Numbered from the whole stretch's first letter, positions 46,869-59,968 are shown. The stretch: DNA of 63,800 nucleotides, filler included, from Choristocarpus tenellus KU-1152 (GCA_964200185.2; 13 parts of 13 records of this genome joined end to end with filler, not necessarily neighbours in it), one strand, 5' to 3'. Numbers and translations: made by a program. Notes: a model not told the origin generated them from the sequence alone.

Positions 46869-48785
46869 TGTACGCCAATGTGTGACTTTGGGTTGCTACT
46901 GTACTTGGCAACTTCACGAACTGCATTTGCAATGTCAAGTCTAGTCATAACAGATGCCCACATCAAACTACCAACTGCCTCTCTGTACCGTGTATTTTCA
47001 TCAACACTTGGATGATTCTCACTCTTGTCTAGAGTCTTTGAGAGATCATGGGGTACTGACCTCTTCTTTGCCCCATCCATACCAAATCTTTGACGCTCTT
47101 AATGTACCTAGTCTGACTGATGGTGACAGTCTGTGCAGTTCTGTCACGTGAAATCTCACAACCCATATAATACTTAAGATCACCAAAATCTTCTATGGAA
47201 AATTGCTCTTTAATCCTAGAGCGAAATCAAATCAAAACATCTATTTTGCCAGCTATCAAAATATCGTCTATGTGGGGGGTTATCACAGCACAAATAATGC
47301 CATCTCTTACATAGCGTAACACACAGGGATCTGCTCTGCATTGCTCAAAGCCACATTGTTCCAAAACGTGCACCAACGGATTATTAAACTCCCTGCTTGC
47401 CTCTTTGGTGCAATAAAGTGCCTTGCACAATCTTTCCCAACCATATACCACATCCATCACATAAACAAACTAATATCTGCTTGTATAAATGCCTGCTTCA
47501 CATCCCAATGTTTAATCCCCAATCATTGTCTACAGCTAATGCTAATACCATTTTCAAAGACACAGGGGATGGTGTTGGTGCAAAGGTATCTTGGTAATCT
47601 AAACCCTCAATCTGTCAAAAACCTTTTGCTACCAAACGTTCCTTGTATCTAACTACCTCACCAAATTTGTTAGTCTTACGCATGTGAATCCATTTAGAGT
47701 CTATTACCCTGCGTCCAGGGGGTAATACGACCTCCACCCAAACATTTTCAATAAAAAAACAGACATCGCTTCTGCTCTTACAGTCTTGGGTTCTGGAGGG
47801 AGCTCATCCGCTAACACTCTAATAGAATCATCACTCACACACATCACAAGGGTAGTCTCTTTGGAAACAGATAAACAATATCAAATAATGGAACTCTTTC
47901 AAAATAAAACAGCAGAAAAATCGAAGAAGTATGCACAATGGTGACCTCAGCATCCGGTCTCCACTTCCTGAACTCTCACCAATCTAGACCTTTATCCATA
48001 ACAATAAACGTCTCTCTCATATTCCCCTTGTCCTCTCGATCAGTCCAGGAGATACTATTCTCAACACCCCCCAGCTCTTGGACTGAGAGTAGATACGATG
48101 TGTCCTCTAGTCCTCGGTAGATGTGAAGGGGAGTATGCAGATAACAACAGATAAAACACCACTACTATCTCGTCCTCATTCTTCAAGCAGAGCGTTAGGA
48201 TACAAGATTGCATGCTATATTCGGGACAAATGCGACAGACGCCAAAGTAACATGCACCCACTCATCGCGGTCAACATTGAAATCCAGATCAATCTTGCCA
48301 TACCCCACAATGGGTAGTGATGTGCCGTCAGCTACAGTCATTTTGCAGCCTTATGGACATACGGCGAAGTCATAAATGTACTTTGGGTCTTTCTTCACAT
48401 TATTCGAAGTCCCCGAATCAAAACACTATGTTTCGAAAGCATTCGTTCTCACCTTGCCACTTTTAGTCACAGCGACTAACATGGTCTTTAAACTTCCTGT
48501 CCTAACCGGTTCCTCTGATCCAGCTAGTTCTTCCGCCGAATTTGGTGGTCCTGCCCTCCTCTGAGAGCAAACAGCTTGCTGGTGGCCTCTGCTCCCGTAG
48601 CTGTAGCACCCTCCTTTATATGTGCAAGGACCTGTGTGTTTTGCCAGTCCGCACCTTGTACGTATTTCTTTAGCCCTGGTCAGCCCCCTGGGATGGGATC
48701 CTATCATCCTAGGGTGTGAACGATGACCAGTCGTACCTTGACGTCCAGATCACGAAACACTATCTCCAGCACCATAACAAGACTG

Positions 48786-48875
48786 AGCGTTCGAGAGCCA
48801 CGATACAACAAGCTACTCGTTCGAGCTACTTCTCACTCCAACGAGAAGCTTGTTGTATCGTGGCTGTCGAACGCT
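48786..48875. repeat. Near-perfect inverted repeat (40-bp arms, 10-nt loop)
   Basis: 48786-48825 is the reverse complement of 48836-48875 with 3 mismatches. Confidence 0.92.
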
Positions 48876-49281
48876 GACCTTGGTGACCTCTTCTTCACTG
48901 ACATCTTCCCCCTTAGTGAATTCAATATCACCCGCTCTGATGAGTTTCTTCTGACCCCGTGTGAGATCCATCAGAAGCCATGAGTGATGTAGTGCCAATT
49001 CAAACCAAACCAGTCCAACTGCGCCTCCCCTAGCTAGAATTTGGATTAGGCGCTTAAGCGTTTTGAGAAACTTGGCGCATGTAAGACTCGTCGCCGGAAG
49101 CTAGGTTGAATTTCATGGTAAAGCACACACTGAATTATTTATTGTCCTTAGGCTATTTATTGTCCACTTGGAGTCCAATACAGTACCTACACCGATTTTG
49201 TTCACCCCTGGGTATGCCCCCCAAAAGCGGCACAGAATCTATATGGTATAATATCGATTTGAAGTAATTAGGGTTAGGGTT

Positions 49282-49380
49282 AGCTGGGAATCAATCGTCG
49301 AAGCAACTAATTAATCGTGGCGAGCTGGGAAATCAATCGTCGAAGCGACTGCTTAATCGTGGTGAGCTGGGAAATCAATC
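49282..49380. repeat. Tandem repeat, ~41-42-bp unit, cut by contig end
   Basis: AGCTGGGAA(A)TCAATCGTCGAAGC..CT..TTAATCGTGG.G, about 2.4 copies. Confidence 0.85.
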
Positions 49381-49583
49381 ATANNNNNNNNNNNNNNNNN
49401 NNNNNNNNNNNNNNNNNNNNNNNNNNNTTAATTAATTAANNNNNNNNNNNNNNNNNNNNNNNNNNNNNNNNNNNNNNNNNNNNCCGTCTCTTCATTCATA
49501 AATTATTTCTTCTACAGAATCTTCTTTTACACATGAATAAAAAGCATATTCTTAACATCTTCCATCCCAATCACCATCTGTAG

Positions 49584-52500
49584 TCATCTGGTGTCAAGTG
49601 AAGCGTAGTCTTTAGCCAATGTATCTACCTTAATAATGACCCTGAAATATCCAAACCAATAACGGCCAAAGTTTATAGATATTTTGTGGTCAGTGTGAAG
49701 AACTGCGCTGGCAAGCTCTTCCTGAATCAAGGCTTCCAATTCATGCGCAATATGCCCTGATAAGTTCTCTCGCTTCATCAACATTTCAACCACCTGGGTG
49801 GGAGAACTATTTCCCCACAGGGGCAAGAGTACCCACCGACCCTCCTGCACTAATTTCAACTCAACCACCATCACAGGATCACCCTCCCCTGCCCCTCGGG
49901 CAGTCAATAAAGATTTTTTGAGTCGTGCAATGGCTCCCGCTCTTTGTGCCGCCCTGGCTGTTGCCCGCCGTCGCCTATCCTGCTGTGCTTTCTCTTCCTC
50001 CAATTTCTGATATCGCTTTTGTTGGCATTGCTCCTCCCATGCTCGCCGGTTGGCCATCCTTTGGTTGAGTGACAACCTTGGCGGGATCCCCCCCCGCCTC
50101 GAAGACTGATCATCACAATATAATGGCTTTAACTCAACCCCGACCTGATCAAAGAGCTCCTGCATGGAAGGAGATAGACTATCCATCCGTAGTGCCAGTC
50201 TCCTGTTGGATTCAATTTGATGGAGGCGCATCAACCGCCCTGCCCTGATCCGATTCACCTGTAACGCCCATGAGTGTGCAGAGCGCTCTCCAATACTATC
50301 TCCTGTCACTGTTGCTGTGATTTTATCTGAAGTAGCGCCAGGCTTCAAGAGAACCTGGTCAGGAGGTGAGGATAACAGGCTAGTACCCCCCCAACTTTTT
50401 GTCTTGGGTCGGTGGAGGTGTGGCTTAAAGGTACACCTCTCTTCTAGTTCACGCTCCTCGGTTGTCCTATGATCGACTTTGGATGCAAAGACTCCAATCC
50501 CTTGCCTCTTTCCTCTCCTACTGCGATCTCCACTGGATTCTGGGATGGGTGCTGCTGCTGCTCCATCCACTGCTTCACTTCCATTACCACCTTGTCCATC
50601 AAATGCTCGCCTAAAACATTCACCCTCAACTTTCTTCTCACCGCTCAGGTCTTGGATCAAGCCTTCCCTCCTTTCCTTGTGCCGCATTGCCAGAAAGCTG
50701 GCATTGGCATTGAGGCGGGGCTCAAATGTATGTTCCAGGTCCAATTGGACCTCTTTAACGCAACGGAGGGCATTAACTTTGAGGTCCCAAAGTTGACGCT
50801 CCTCATTGAGCCTTGCTGATAGAGCTTCTGCCTGCGCCACGGTGATGTATTCTGTCTTTTTCCTTGCTACTCGATTTTCTATACTCTCCTGCCCATCCCC
50901 ATCCCATGTTCCCTCATTTCCACTACTCTTATCGCCTTTGCTGTCTCTTTTTCCCCCTAGATCCCTGGACCGATCTTGTTCGCCTTGCCCGGATCGACCA
51001 TCCTGACCTACCTGTCCAAACCTCCTGACCTTGTTCGAGTTGTATACATCAGCGAGTGACTGCTGTAAGAGGAACATCATTGGGAGCCCTGACACACGTT
51101 GCACTATCTCGTCTTCCTCCTCCCTCAACGATGTCCCCCCTCCCCCTTGCACGTGTTTAACACCCCTCTCATCAGGTTGTCCCCAGTCAACCTGTTGTGA
51201 ATCCTGCCACATCCTTCGTATTGTCTGTCTTCCTGAGCATCTAGAGAATTGAGGAAAATAATATTCTCCCTTGTTGTGCTTCTTGGTTTTGTCATAGAAA
51301 CACTGGTTTCCCCCCCCTGCAGCATCCACCAATAGAGGAGCTAGACAACGAAGGGAGACAACCTGGAGATTTCCATTTCTGCCTCCTGCTTGAGAGAGAG
51401 CACTCCAGACATCTAGGAGGAGGTTATCTCGACACCTCCTCTGGTCCAGGGCCTGATTCTGCTGTGGTGGAGGTAGCATCTCGCAACCGTCCAAGATCTG
51501 TTCAAAGTCATTGATTGTCACCCAGCCCTCTCCATATGGATCCACTTCCTGGTCACGATCAAGCATTGCATGAGGTATGTGGCCTGTTCAAATTTCATCT
51601 CAAGGGTAGGGGGGCAAGACTACTCTAGAGGAAGTCATGTCGACTTGAGGGGTAACACTGAAGCTTCTGAAGGTTAAATTTGTAGTTTGGTATGTAAATG
51701 GGTATGACAACAGAGCACACACACACACACACAAGTTAAGTTAATATATTATTTATACACCACATTTCATCATTCCGCTAAGGTTGAAGTAATTTTGTGA
51801 CTCAAAAATAATTGAATTGAATTGTTTCTGGGCCTCTGTATGCACCCACATGAAATATCTTTCTCATTCTCTCTTCAAACTGACGTGCCAGAATGCGCCT
51901 GGACTTCAGTGAGACATGCTTGCTACAGGCCTCCCTTTGCCTCGACTCCTCCAGAAGTATCTCCCGCTGCTCCCGCTTCCTCTCCCAAATCTCTGATTCA
52001 TGATAGAGTCTTTCCCCAATGTCTTCAGTGCGATGCCCCAGGCGACCAACTAAACGTTCACTGTGGGGATCAATAGTTGGGTGGAACATCGGCTTCCTTG
52101 ACCAGCTGCCACGCCACCATGAATTGTCACTGTCCTCATTGATTGGAGCCTTACTCCTCTCAATTGATTGTCGTGAGGATGATAGCCGCTCAAAGATGTT
52201 TCCTGCGACCCCATTGTTCCTCTTACCCCTGCTGCGAGAGAGGATGAGGCGAGACATGCTATTAATCCATTGGCCCCCATCTGCCATGTGCCTTCGTTCA
52301 TCTTCCACCTCCATCTGCCTTTTCTCACGCCTACATTCCCTGGCCAAATATTCCAGTTGCTGACGCTCTAGGAAGCCCTTCCGCCTAGGCTTATTACCAT
52401 CACACAGAAGCTCAAAAGATGACACCATACTCTCATTATTTTCCAACACCAACGGGTGGTCTAGCCCTGGATCATTCACCATGTTGTCATTGGTTTCATT

Positions 52501-53565
52501 CCCTATTGTTATCTCCCTCCAGTCCTTCTCCCAGTAGTTCTGGTGGCCTCCTAAAGTTTGCGCTTGGAAACAGGACAGGTTTGGCCGGTCTATCATCCAA
52601 GACCCCTCATCACTGCATTCTGATTCAACTGATCCAAAAGCTGAATCTGTGTTTATACTGCTACATTCTTCATCTTCTTCATCTGCTCTGTCTAGATACA
52701 CATGTGCACTCTGTTCCCCAATTCTCTTGCTCTGAACCCCTTCTGCTGCCTCCCACTCCAACTGACTGAAGCATTGCAGCCCCGGCAGGAGCAGTTGAGT
52801 TGATAAATCGTTGCGAATACCCTCATTGCACCCACAGGATTTATCCTTGGCACCATCATTGAAGGGCAAACACGGTGTTGATAAGTTGCCAACCACTTTT
52901 TTCTCTCTCTTTGTTTCGCTGGAGATTGTTTTATTTTCTTCCTGTGTCCCACTCCACCCACCTTCTTTTCCCTCATTTTTCCATTCCACCTCTTGTGGGA
53001 ATGAACTGAGCGCATCCCCCTGCATATCGGACCCCCCATCTGGTTGCAGTTCCTTTGCATCCAATACCGTGTGTGTGCTAAAATTGGTTTTGACTCTGGT
53101 ATTGGCAGGGATATTCTGGTGTGAAGATTCTCCCTTTCTTTTTGATTCTTCTACCTGTGCTTGAACTCCACCGTATTGTTGTCCTTCTCGATTTCCTCTG
53201 GGTAACACCTCCTCCCCTGCATTTAGAGATAGTCCGACCTCTGTAGCTTCCACTGCAGCCATGGTTGCCGTTGCTACCCTGGAACAAGCTGTTGCATTTA
53301 TAACTTTTGCCGCTGCCTCCTGAGCACCTATGACAAGCCCGGCACTTGCCTCTTCACTGTCGTTTACATGCATCGCACTCCTTGATGTTTCGGTGCCAAA
53401 GTCTTTTTTCACAAGCACCCCAGTGCTGCACCTACTGTTTCGTTGATAATGGTACCTTGGAATAGCCTCCCTTACAACTACTGCCCTCGTTCCAGTCTGT
53501 AGTATTACCTGCATAGGGTACAGGGTACCATTGGTTTTTGTGGTATATCCGGTAGCATTTTCCAT
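49584..53565 (-). CDS. Large uncharacterised coiled-coil protein (TF.P-type repeats, EF-hand-like motif), probably two exons, ~1240 aa
   Basis: ORFs of 587 aa (53565-51802) and 660 aa (51566-49584) can be joined by a phase-1 intron 51845-51584 (GTGCAT...CAG). Repeated motifs FHPTIDPHSERL, HTFEPRLN and EERELEERCTFKPHL. EF-hand-like DPYGEGWVTINDFEQIL. The junction and the 5' start are uncertain. Confidence 0.75.
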
Positions 53566-56129
53566 AGTTATGGTGTTCCTAGTAGTAGTCAGATTCGTGC
53601 ATTTTATTTATAAATCTGAGCATTGAGGCGGTACCTTGACGCCACCATCAACGGCACAACTATTAGATGCTTTAACAAAGCAAAAAAAGGATTGAAGGGA
53701 GGGGTCCTTCCATCACCCTTGATGAAATATTGAGTTATGCTTCACACCTGGTTCTCCTTGAGCTCTGTGGTTTCTGTTGCTAGAGCTGGGTCCATCAGAG
53801 CTGAAGCTACCAACGGTTCAACTTGTTATCTGTCTGAGTCTCTTCTCCTACTTACCTCCTCCTTATCGCTCCCCTCCATCCTCCTTAGCAGAGCCTCACC
53901 CCTTTTGGCATCTAGGCATGCTTCCATAGTGGATGTTGTCATGAGCGAAGACTTACCTTCTGTAACCTAATTCATAGTCCCCACCATACACATGAAGGAA
54001 ATCGTGGATATGGTCAAGGAGAGACAACAGAAGGTGGGCAGGGGGAGAAGAGTTTCACCAAAGGTGAACATAAGGAAGACATGGATTGTGGATCATGAGG
54101 TCGGATCGTCAGGGAGAATTACAATGTGCCCTGAAAGAATTCAGTATGCCATAAGTGCGGTCTTCAGTGACGGAACTGGTCACAGTGAGTTTTGTACTAT
54201 AAATTCCTCAAACTTAAAAACTCAGAGTGACACTCTGACTCTGTCACTGAGGGAGATATATTTGTCCCCTAGGAGTTGTCAGATATGTCAAGGGTTTGAC
54301 CTAATGCACTCCACCACCCTTCTTCTTTTCTCAACATTCCTAATCTCTTCCATCACATGACCATGTCCTTCCCTTCTTATCGCCTCTCTGCGAGGGTGTT
54401 CTCTCCCTTCTGTGCTCTTCTAGTATTGCATTGTCCCTTGCTGATGGGACGTTCATCGCTGAAATCGAATCAAGAAGGTTATACCCCTCATCTTCTTTGA
54501 TAGATAATTTTTCTGATATATGCTTGGTTTGGGTTGCGATCCTGATGCTCTCCCTCCAAACCTCCACTACTACTATAGTCACTCAAACATCGAATGGCCA
54601 ACGACACGACTCAGTCCCCGTCGTAAGACTGGCTAGTTCGGTAATGCCACTTGTCTGCTGCAAACACCGCTGTCAGCACATCCTTCCCACACCTGCTACT
54701 GTAATGGGGGATGCTTCAATAACCTTGATTTTTCCAGCTCTTCTTGCTTGTCACACCACCTGGATATCTAACCGTGCACCAATTTTAACTCGAAAGATGC
54801 TGGAGAGAGGATCCGGTGAAGGTGAAAACGTAAGTACTTCTCTGCCAACGATTTCGCTCCAAATTATTCCTCACTTCCATGACTCCCCCTTCGTCTCGCT
54901 AAACGGCCAGGTTATACAGTCCGGGTCAACTTGTTGTCTTCTTGTCGTGAGAGAGGTGCGATCCACCTCTCACACTCATTGTAAAAAAAAGAATAGACTT
55001 CACTTGGTGAACGTAACGCCTCAATAGGATCGAAAAATTGTAGGGAGAAAATAATAGTAAAGATGGTAGTGAATGAGGGAAAAAATGTTCTATTTTTAGT
55101 ATAACATAACATATTAATAATATAACTACATCTCCATATACGTCAACTCTTGATAGGTTGTGGGATTGGGAATACCCCTTTAAGTGTAACACACAGGGAG
55201 GATTGGTTGTGAGCAATCTGAGTAACTGGAGGTCTCCACTCTTCTTGTACTCATCCTTCAGAAATCTATTTTTTTTATGGTTCTGATCAAGTCATGATTT
55301 CTCAGTGTTGATAACGATTTTGTCGTGGTTCCTATGAGAGTGTGTTTCCCTCATGCCTACATCCGCCCCTTTCCTGGGGTAAGAACAAATTTAAGGACGG
55401 AGGTCGTGTGCCCTGGTTACATACCACCAGGTAGGTGAACCAACATGATTCATATCTGTTCTCGTGTCAAACATCTGAAATCGTCATTTTTCACTTATCG
55501 TAAGGGGGCCAAGGTGAACACCTTATAGATTTGATGTTACGTGTTTATGGATTGTCGGAATTTTATTAAGGTCATCTTGAAGGCACTACCACCAACGTTT
55601 CTATGTTCCTCATATTTTCATCAACTTCGGTCTCTCCGCTGTAAATTCCCCAAACACCATTTTTTTGGACCACACTAGTATGTTGTCCACTGCCGCCATG
55701 ATACCAACAAACAGCAGCTTCTATTTGTGCATATATTCGCCTCAATTCTCTTCCACCCAGTGCTCACTAGTGCTTCCCTCTATGACATGAGTTATCCGTT
55801 TGCTTTCTGTTCACAGAAGATGATGAGCACTCGAGGGACTTGCAGTGTTGGGTATGAACCTAGGTGTATTGGCCTCGTTATGCAGCCATCAGTGCACAAT
55901 TTGTCATGACCGTATTTTTGAGCCCTGCTCCCCCACTACCAAATCAATAGGCCTTTTGCAATTGCCATCCTACAAAATTCAGTCCTGGTATGTACTCCTC
56001 CTGTGTACTCTGAAAGCAGCATTTTTGGGTGACACAAAAGACCATGTATGTGGTGATAGAAACGTTGCCTCTAGGACTGCTATATGGTGACTACTAGGAT
56101 CATGACAAGGTAACACACATTGCTATTAT

Positions 56130-56232
56130 ATATTATTGTGCCCTCTGACATTTTGCAGATGTGTCAGGGACAAAACCAACGAAAAACTATTACATGTCAG
56201 AAAAAACCCCTAAAGAAGTAAAATTTGTCATA
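56130..56232 (-). mobile_element. 3' end only of the RLE non-LTR family
   Basis: The reverse complement matches 7320-7420, including the CCCTGACACATCTGCAAAATGTCAGAGGGCACAATA stem-loop. Confidence 0.75.
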
Positions 56233-56518
56233 CTTATTATATTATGTAGCACTACATGGCCTTGGGCTGCTATAAGGCCATACTCAGCAAGCGCTACGGA
56301 TGCTGGGATATAAGGCGACACACCGTATATTTTTATGTAGTTGTGGAATGTGATGGCTTCAGGGTCAAAATATTTGGGGGGGGGNNNNNNNNNNNNNNNN
56401 NNNNNNNNNNNNNNNNNNNNNNNNNNNNTTAATTAATTAANNNNNNNNNNNNNNNNNNNNNNNNNNNNNNNNNNNNNNNNNNNNCCCCCCTCCCAAAGAC
56501 AAGGTAACCAGTACGCAC

Positions 56519-56742
56519 CCCAGGGCTTCGAGCCTTCCGAGTGCTATTTCGCAAGCCTGATGCACCATAGCCTTCACCCTAGCACTTCTGGTGCAAAGAA
56601 CTGCAGACAGTAGGCGGAATATTGCAGCAAACACCACCACATCACTTCTCCCAGTGCCTTCCCCAACCCCCACCGTTGCCCACACTCCAGCAGTGGACAC
56701 CACCAGAGACTCAAAGGCCTTTGTTAAGAACTCCGCACCCAC
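56519..56742 (-). CDS. Candidate orphan exon, helical protein
   Basis: Open frame VGAEFLTKAFESLVV...LGRLEAL bounded by a TAATAG acceptor and a GTGCGT donor. No recognised domain. Confidence 0.35.
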
Positions 56743-57975
56743 CTATTATAGTGAGATGTTAAACTTGAGGGTGTGTATGTTGAACACTCTTAGACAACTG
56801 AAATCCCTGTCTCATGTAAACCCTATGAACTAACAGTTTAGCAAACAAAAACATAAGCGACAGCCTTACTAATTATTCACAGTAGCACCAACAATAACGG
56901 GTACACTACTATCCAATGATTGAACACAGCAGAGGGAAAAAAAAAACATACGACAAAGTGCATTGCTTAGACAGATACAGTAGTTCACAAAACTCCCCAA
57001 TGGCATAACAAGGAAAGCATCAAGGCAGACTGCACTCTTACTACCACAAGATATTACACAAGTGATACTAAAAATGCTGTCATGATGACAGGAATGGACA
57101 TGTTGGGACGAGGCCAAGAACAAGGTTTGAGCGGGGTCAAGGATGTTGGTTGGCTGATACATCCCTCCCATGGACACTTTCAAGGTATTAATTACCATTG
57201 CTAGAAGCAAGGCGGTAGGTCTCTGCAACTATCATCACATTGGCCCCTCCCATTCTACCTTTGGTGGTGTATTTTCATACTGCCCCTCTCCACACAAAAA
57301 ATTCTGGTATCTAAGGGGTTTCAACCCACGAAATTCATGGAGGGAGGAGCAAATGTCTTGACAGCTGGCTCTAATCTGCCACAGCTACCCACCCAGCTCC
57401 ACCGATTTGGTTTTGGGGTGCTCATAGTTGCATGCAAAAAATTCAAATGGTGCTCAATCCCACTCAACAAAGGCAGACTGCCCCTTCCGTGTCTTAAACG
57501 CTTCGCTGTGCTCTGGAAAACTAATAATAGTAGGTATTACTAGATGTGACACAGTGGACGGTTATCTGTACCAATATATCATGATACCACTCACCTCCCC
57601 TGCTATCTCTTTAGGAGGGCTTTTCACTGGACCAGCAATTAACCGGACTGGGGCTGCAGGTTTGCCCACAGAATGGTCCAGTCAATGCCTTTGACGGCCC
57701 CGGAATAGTCCTATTAAAACATGTTTTACAGGGACAGGCCTCGGTCTGGTCGAAACTCTGTGGTCCTTGACCAGTCCCCTTGAGGTACATTTTTCTGGGG
57801 CTGGTCCAAAGACCAATCCGGTTCAAATCTCTTGACATTCTGGAAAGAATGGTATGTTAGCCAGACCGCCCTGGTAAATGTATCTTGGCGGGCCCCCAGA
57901 CTATCCCAAATGCATGCAGGATAAACAGTGTTTCTTAAAATGTCTCAACCTGCATACATTTTTGTCATCAAATAT

Positions 57976-58149
57976 GACCCAAAGTATCTGGGGGGGGGGG
58001 TCTTCACGAAAGTGTCCATTTGGACCAACACCAGGAAAAGTGCACTTTCATTATCCATCCAATGTATGGAACCAAATCACCCAAAAATCGTGACATGAAA
58101 AATTTAGCTCCAAATGGACAGCCACCACCCCCCCCAGGTACTTAGAGCC
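57976..58149. mobile_element. MITE family A, full copy (extra terminal fragment at ~58173-58197)
   Basis: GACCCAAAGTATCTGG...CCAGGTACTTAGAGCC. Confidence 0.8.
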
Positions 58150-59423
58150 AGGGTAAATAACAGATGCCGGTACCCCCCCCCCCCAGATACTTTGACCCTA
58201 TGACCAACAGAGAGCTGACCAATCCAGCTTTTGGATCATTCATGTTATAACAGGGCTGTGGCCTGACCCATTACCCACTCCGGTTACAATCTTAGTGTTT
58301 ATATTAAGGGCCATGATAAACCATGTTTTGCCAGGGACAACCCGTGGCCCAGTCAATCAGGTTAAAAACCCTGAAGTACCCCTGAAGTACCCGTACTGAA
58401 CCTGATCAAAAATATTTCACCGGGACAGGTCCACAGCTCAGTCCATTATAATTCTGACGGCCCTGGTAAGGTATACTTCAACAGGACCAACCCACGGCCA
58501 AGCCCTGACATGTTAACTGGTACAGATTAAAAAAAAATCGTTCTGCAATTGTTGAAGGAGATCAGAAAAGTAACTTATTTTTTTATATTTTTTTTGTCAA
58601 TTTTTTTTTTATCACATGTATGTGAAGGCATCACGCAGCTCACCATTGGCCTGTGTGTAGGGTATGACAACAATGCTACCTACCTATCCACAGAAGCTTA
58701 GTTTGAGGGTCCCTATGATCGTGCGTCTAGAAAACATGCATCAAAACAGCAAATGGTGTTCTACCCCAACCCAAGAAAGAGGTCCTTGTGCGATATGAAA
58801 TGCTCCACTCGACTCTGCAGGAACGACGTTAGTAGCTACCGAAGCAGTGGATACCTGCAACTATCACTCTGTTGCTCCTCTCCATGAAAAACATGGCCTC
58901 GAAGGGGTTCGAACCCATAAAGTTTGCGCAGGGAACAGCAACCACACTGCCCCTCTCACGAAAAAAAAGACTCGGCATTGAAGGGGTTTGAACCCACAAA
59001 ATTGACGTAAGAAACGGGAAAATGGTTAACCACCCTCCTCTATTCTACCACATATACTCATCCTGACATCCTGCCCATCAGCTTAAAGAAATACTTTGGG
59101 GTTGATCATGATTGCCTGCCAAAAAAACTCCCCGAGTGCCCAATCCCACCCCCAACACGGCCGCCTCTGCACAATACTAAAGCTTCATTCATCTCTGCAA
59201 TTATCCTTGCACCTTAGTCTGAGGGGTCCCAAACCCATGGTCAACAGGTATAGTCAGTAGGTACAGTAAAGAAAAAAAAAAAAAAAAAAACGCCTGAGGA
59301 GATAATAAAAAATAATGTCAAAGNNNNNNNNNNNNNNNNNNNNNNNNNNNNNNNNNNNNNNNNNNNNTTAATTAATTAANNNNNNNNNNNNNNNNNNNNN
59401 NNNNNNNNNNNNNNNNNNNNNNN

Positions 59424-59721
59424 TGTTTTGTTAGGAAGTGTCAATATCCTTGTTCCGGACACACCTTTTCATAACATATACATTCTACCTACTCCGAATA
59501 TTTTTGAGTAGGAAAATGACATAAATAAACCTGCAGGAAGTCAAGCCCCAAATGGACAAATAGAGCAAAACTCGTAGCCTCTAAGATACTTTCACTCGCG
59601 TTTCCCCAACAAGGATATTGACACTTCCTAACAAACATGATAGCCAAAATTACATCAAAATCGCAACATTAGATTTTGGCCCCCAAATGGACTCAGCTCT
59701 ACCCTCTAAGATACTCCGACT
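59424..59721. mobile_element. Two partial family B MITEs in opposite orientation
   Basis: 59424-59597 ends in CTTTCACTC. 59608-59721 is an opposite-orientation partial copy. Confidence 0.8.
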
Positions 59722-59968
59722 GACATTGAATGTCATTTCTGATCTCATATCAATGTGTCATCGGCGATGGTTTCAATACTGAGGAGTCAAGAGACAACGA
59801 CAATGAATAGCAACATCATTACTGAAGAGATGGCTGGTGTACTATTGTATTGAGCTACTAGGATGTACATGTTAATGGCATGCAACATCTCCCTCTCTAC
59901 CTCCTCAAGTCTTGGCACCAAATGGTAATTGTGCTATTAGTACAATTTTGCATCGTCTATTGAGCAAC

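Larger units (their letters stand above)
46014..49150 (-). mobile_element. Decayed Ty1/copia LTR retrotransposon with paired LTRs
   Basis: RT (PPGRRVIDSKWI...RLVAKGF; FEQCRADPCV; HIDDILIAG; YREAVGSLMWASVMTRLDIA) and RNase H (YADASYAGD..DRRSVTG; VALSSTESEY; RTKHIDVRHHFLRD). A polypurine tract AAGGGGAGGA abuts the 3' LTR 46274-46014 (TG...CA). A homologous truncated LTR lies at about 49061-49146. Integrase appears deleted. Confidence 0.92.

Noticed and set aside
51587-51670. In-frame TGA codons upstream of the 660-aa ORF as selenocysteine or readthrough
   Set aside because: A simple intron explains them; no SECIS or redox motif is evident.
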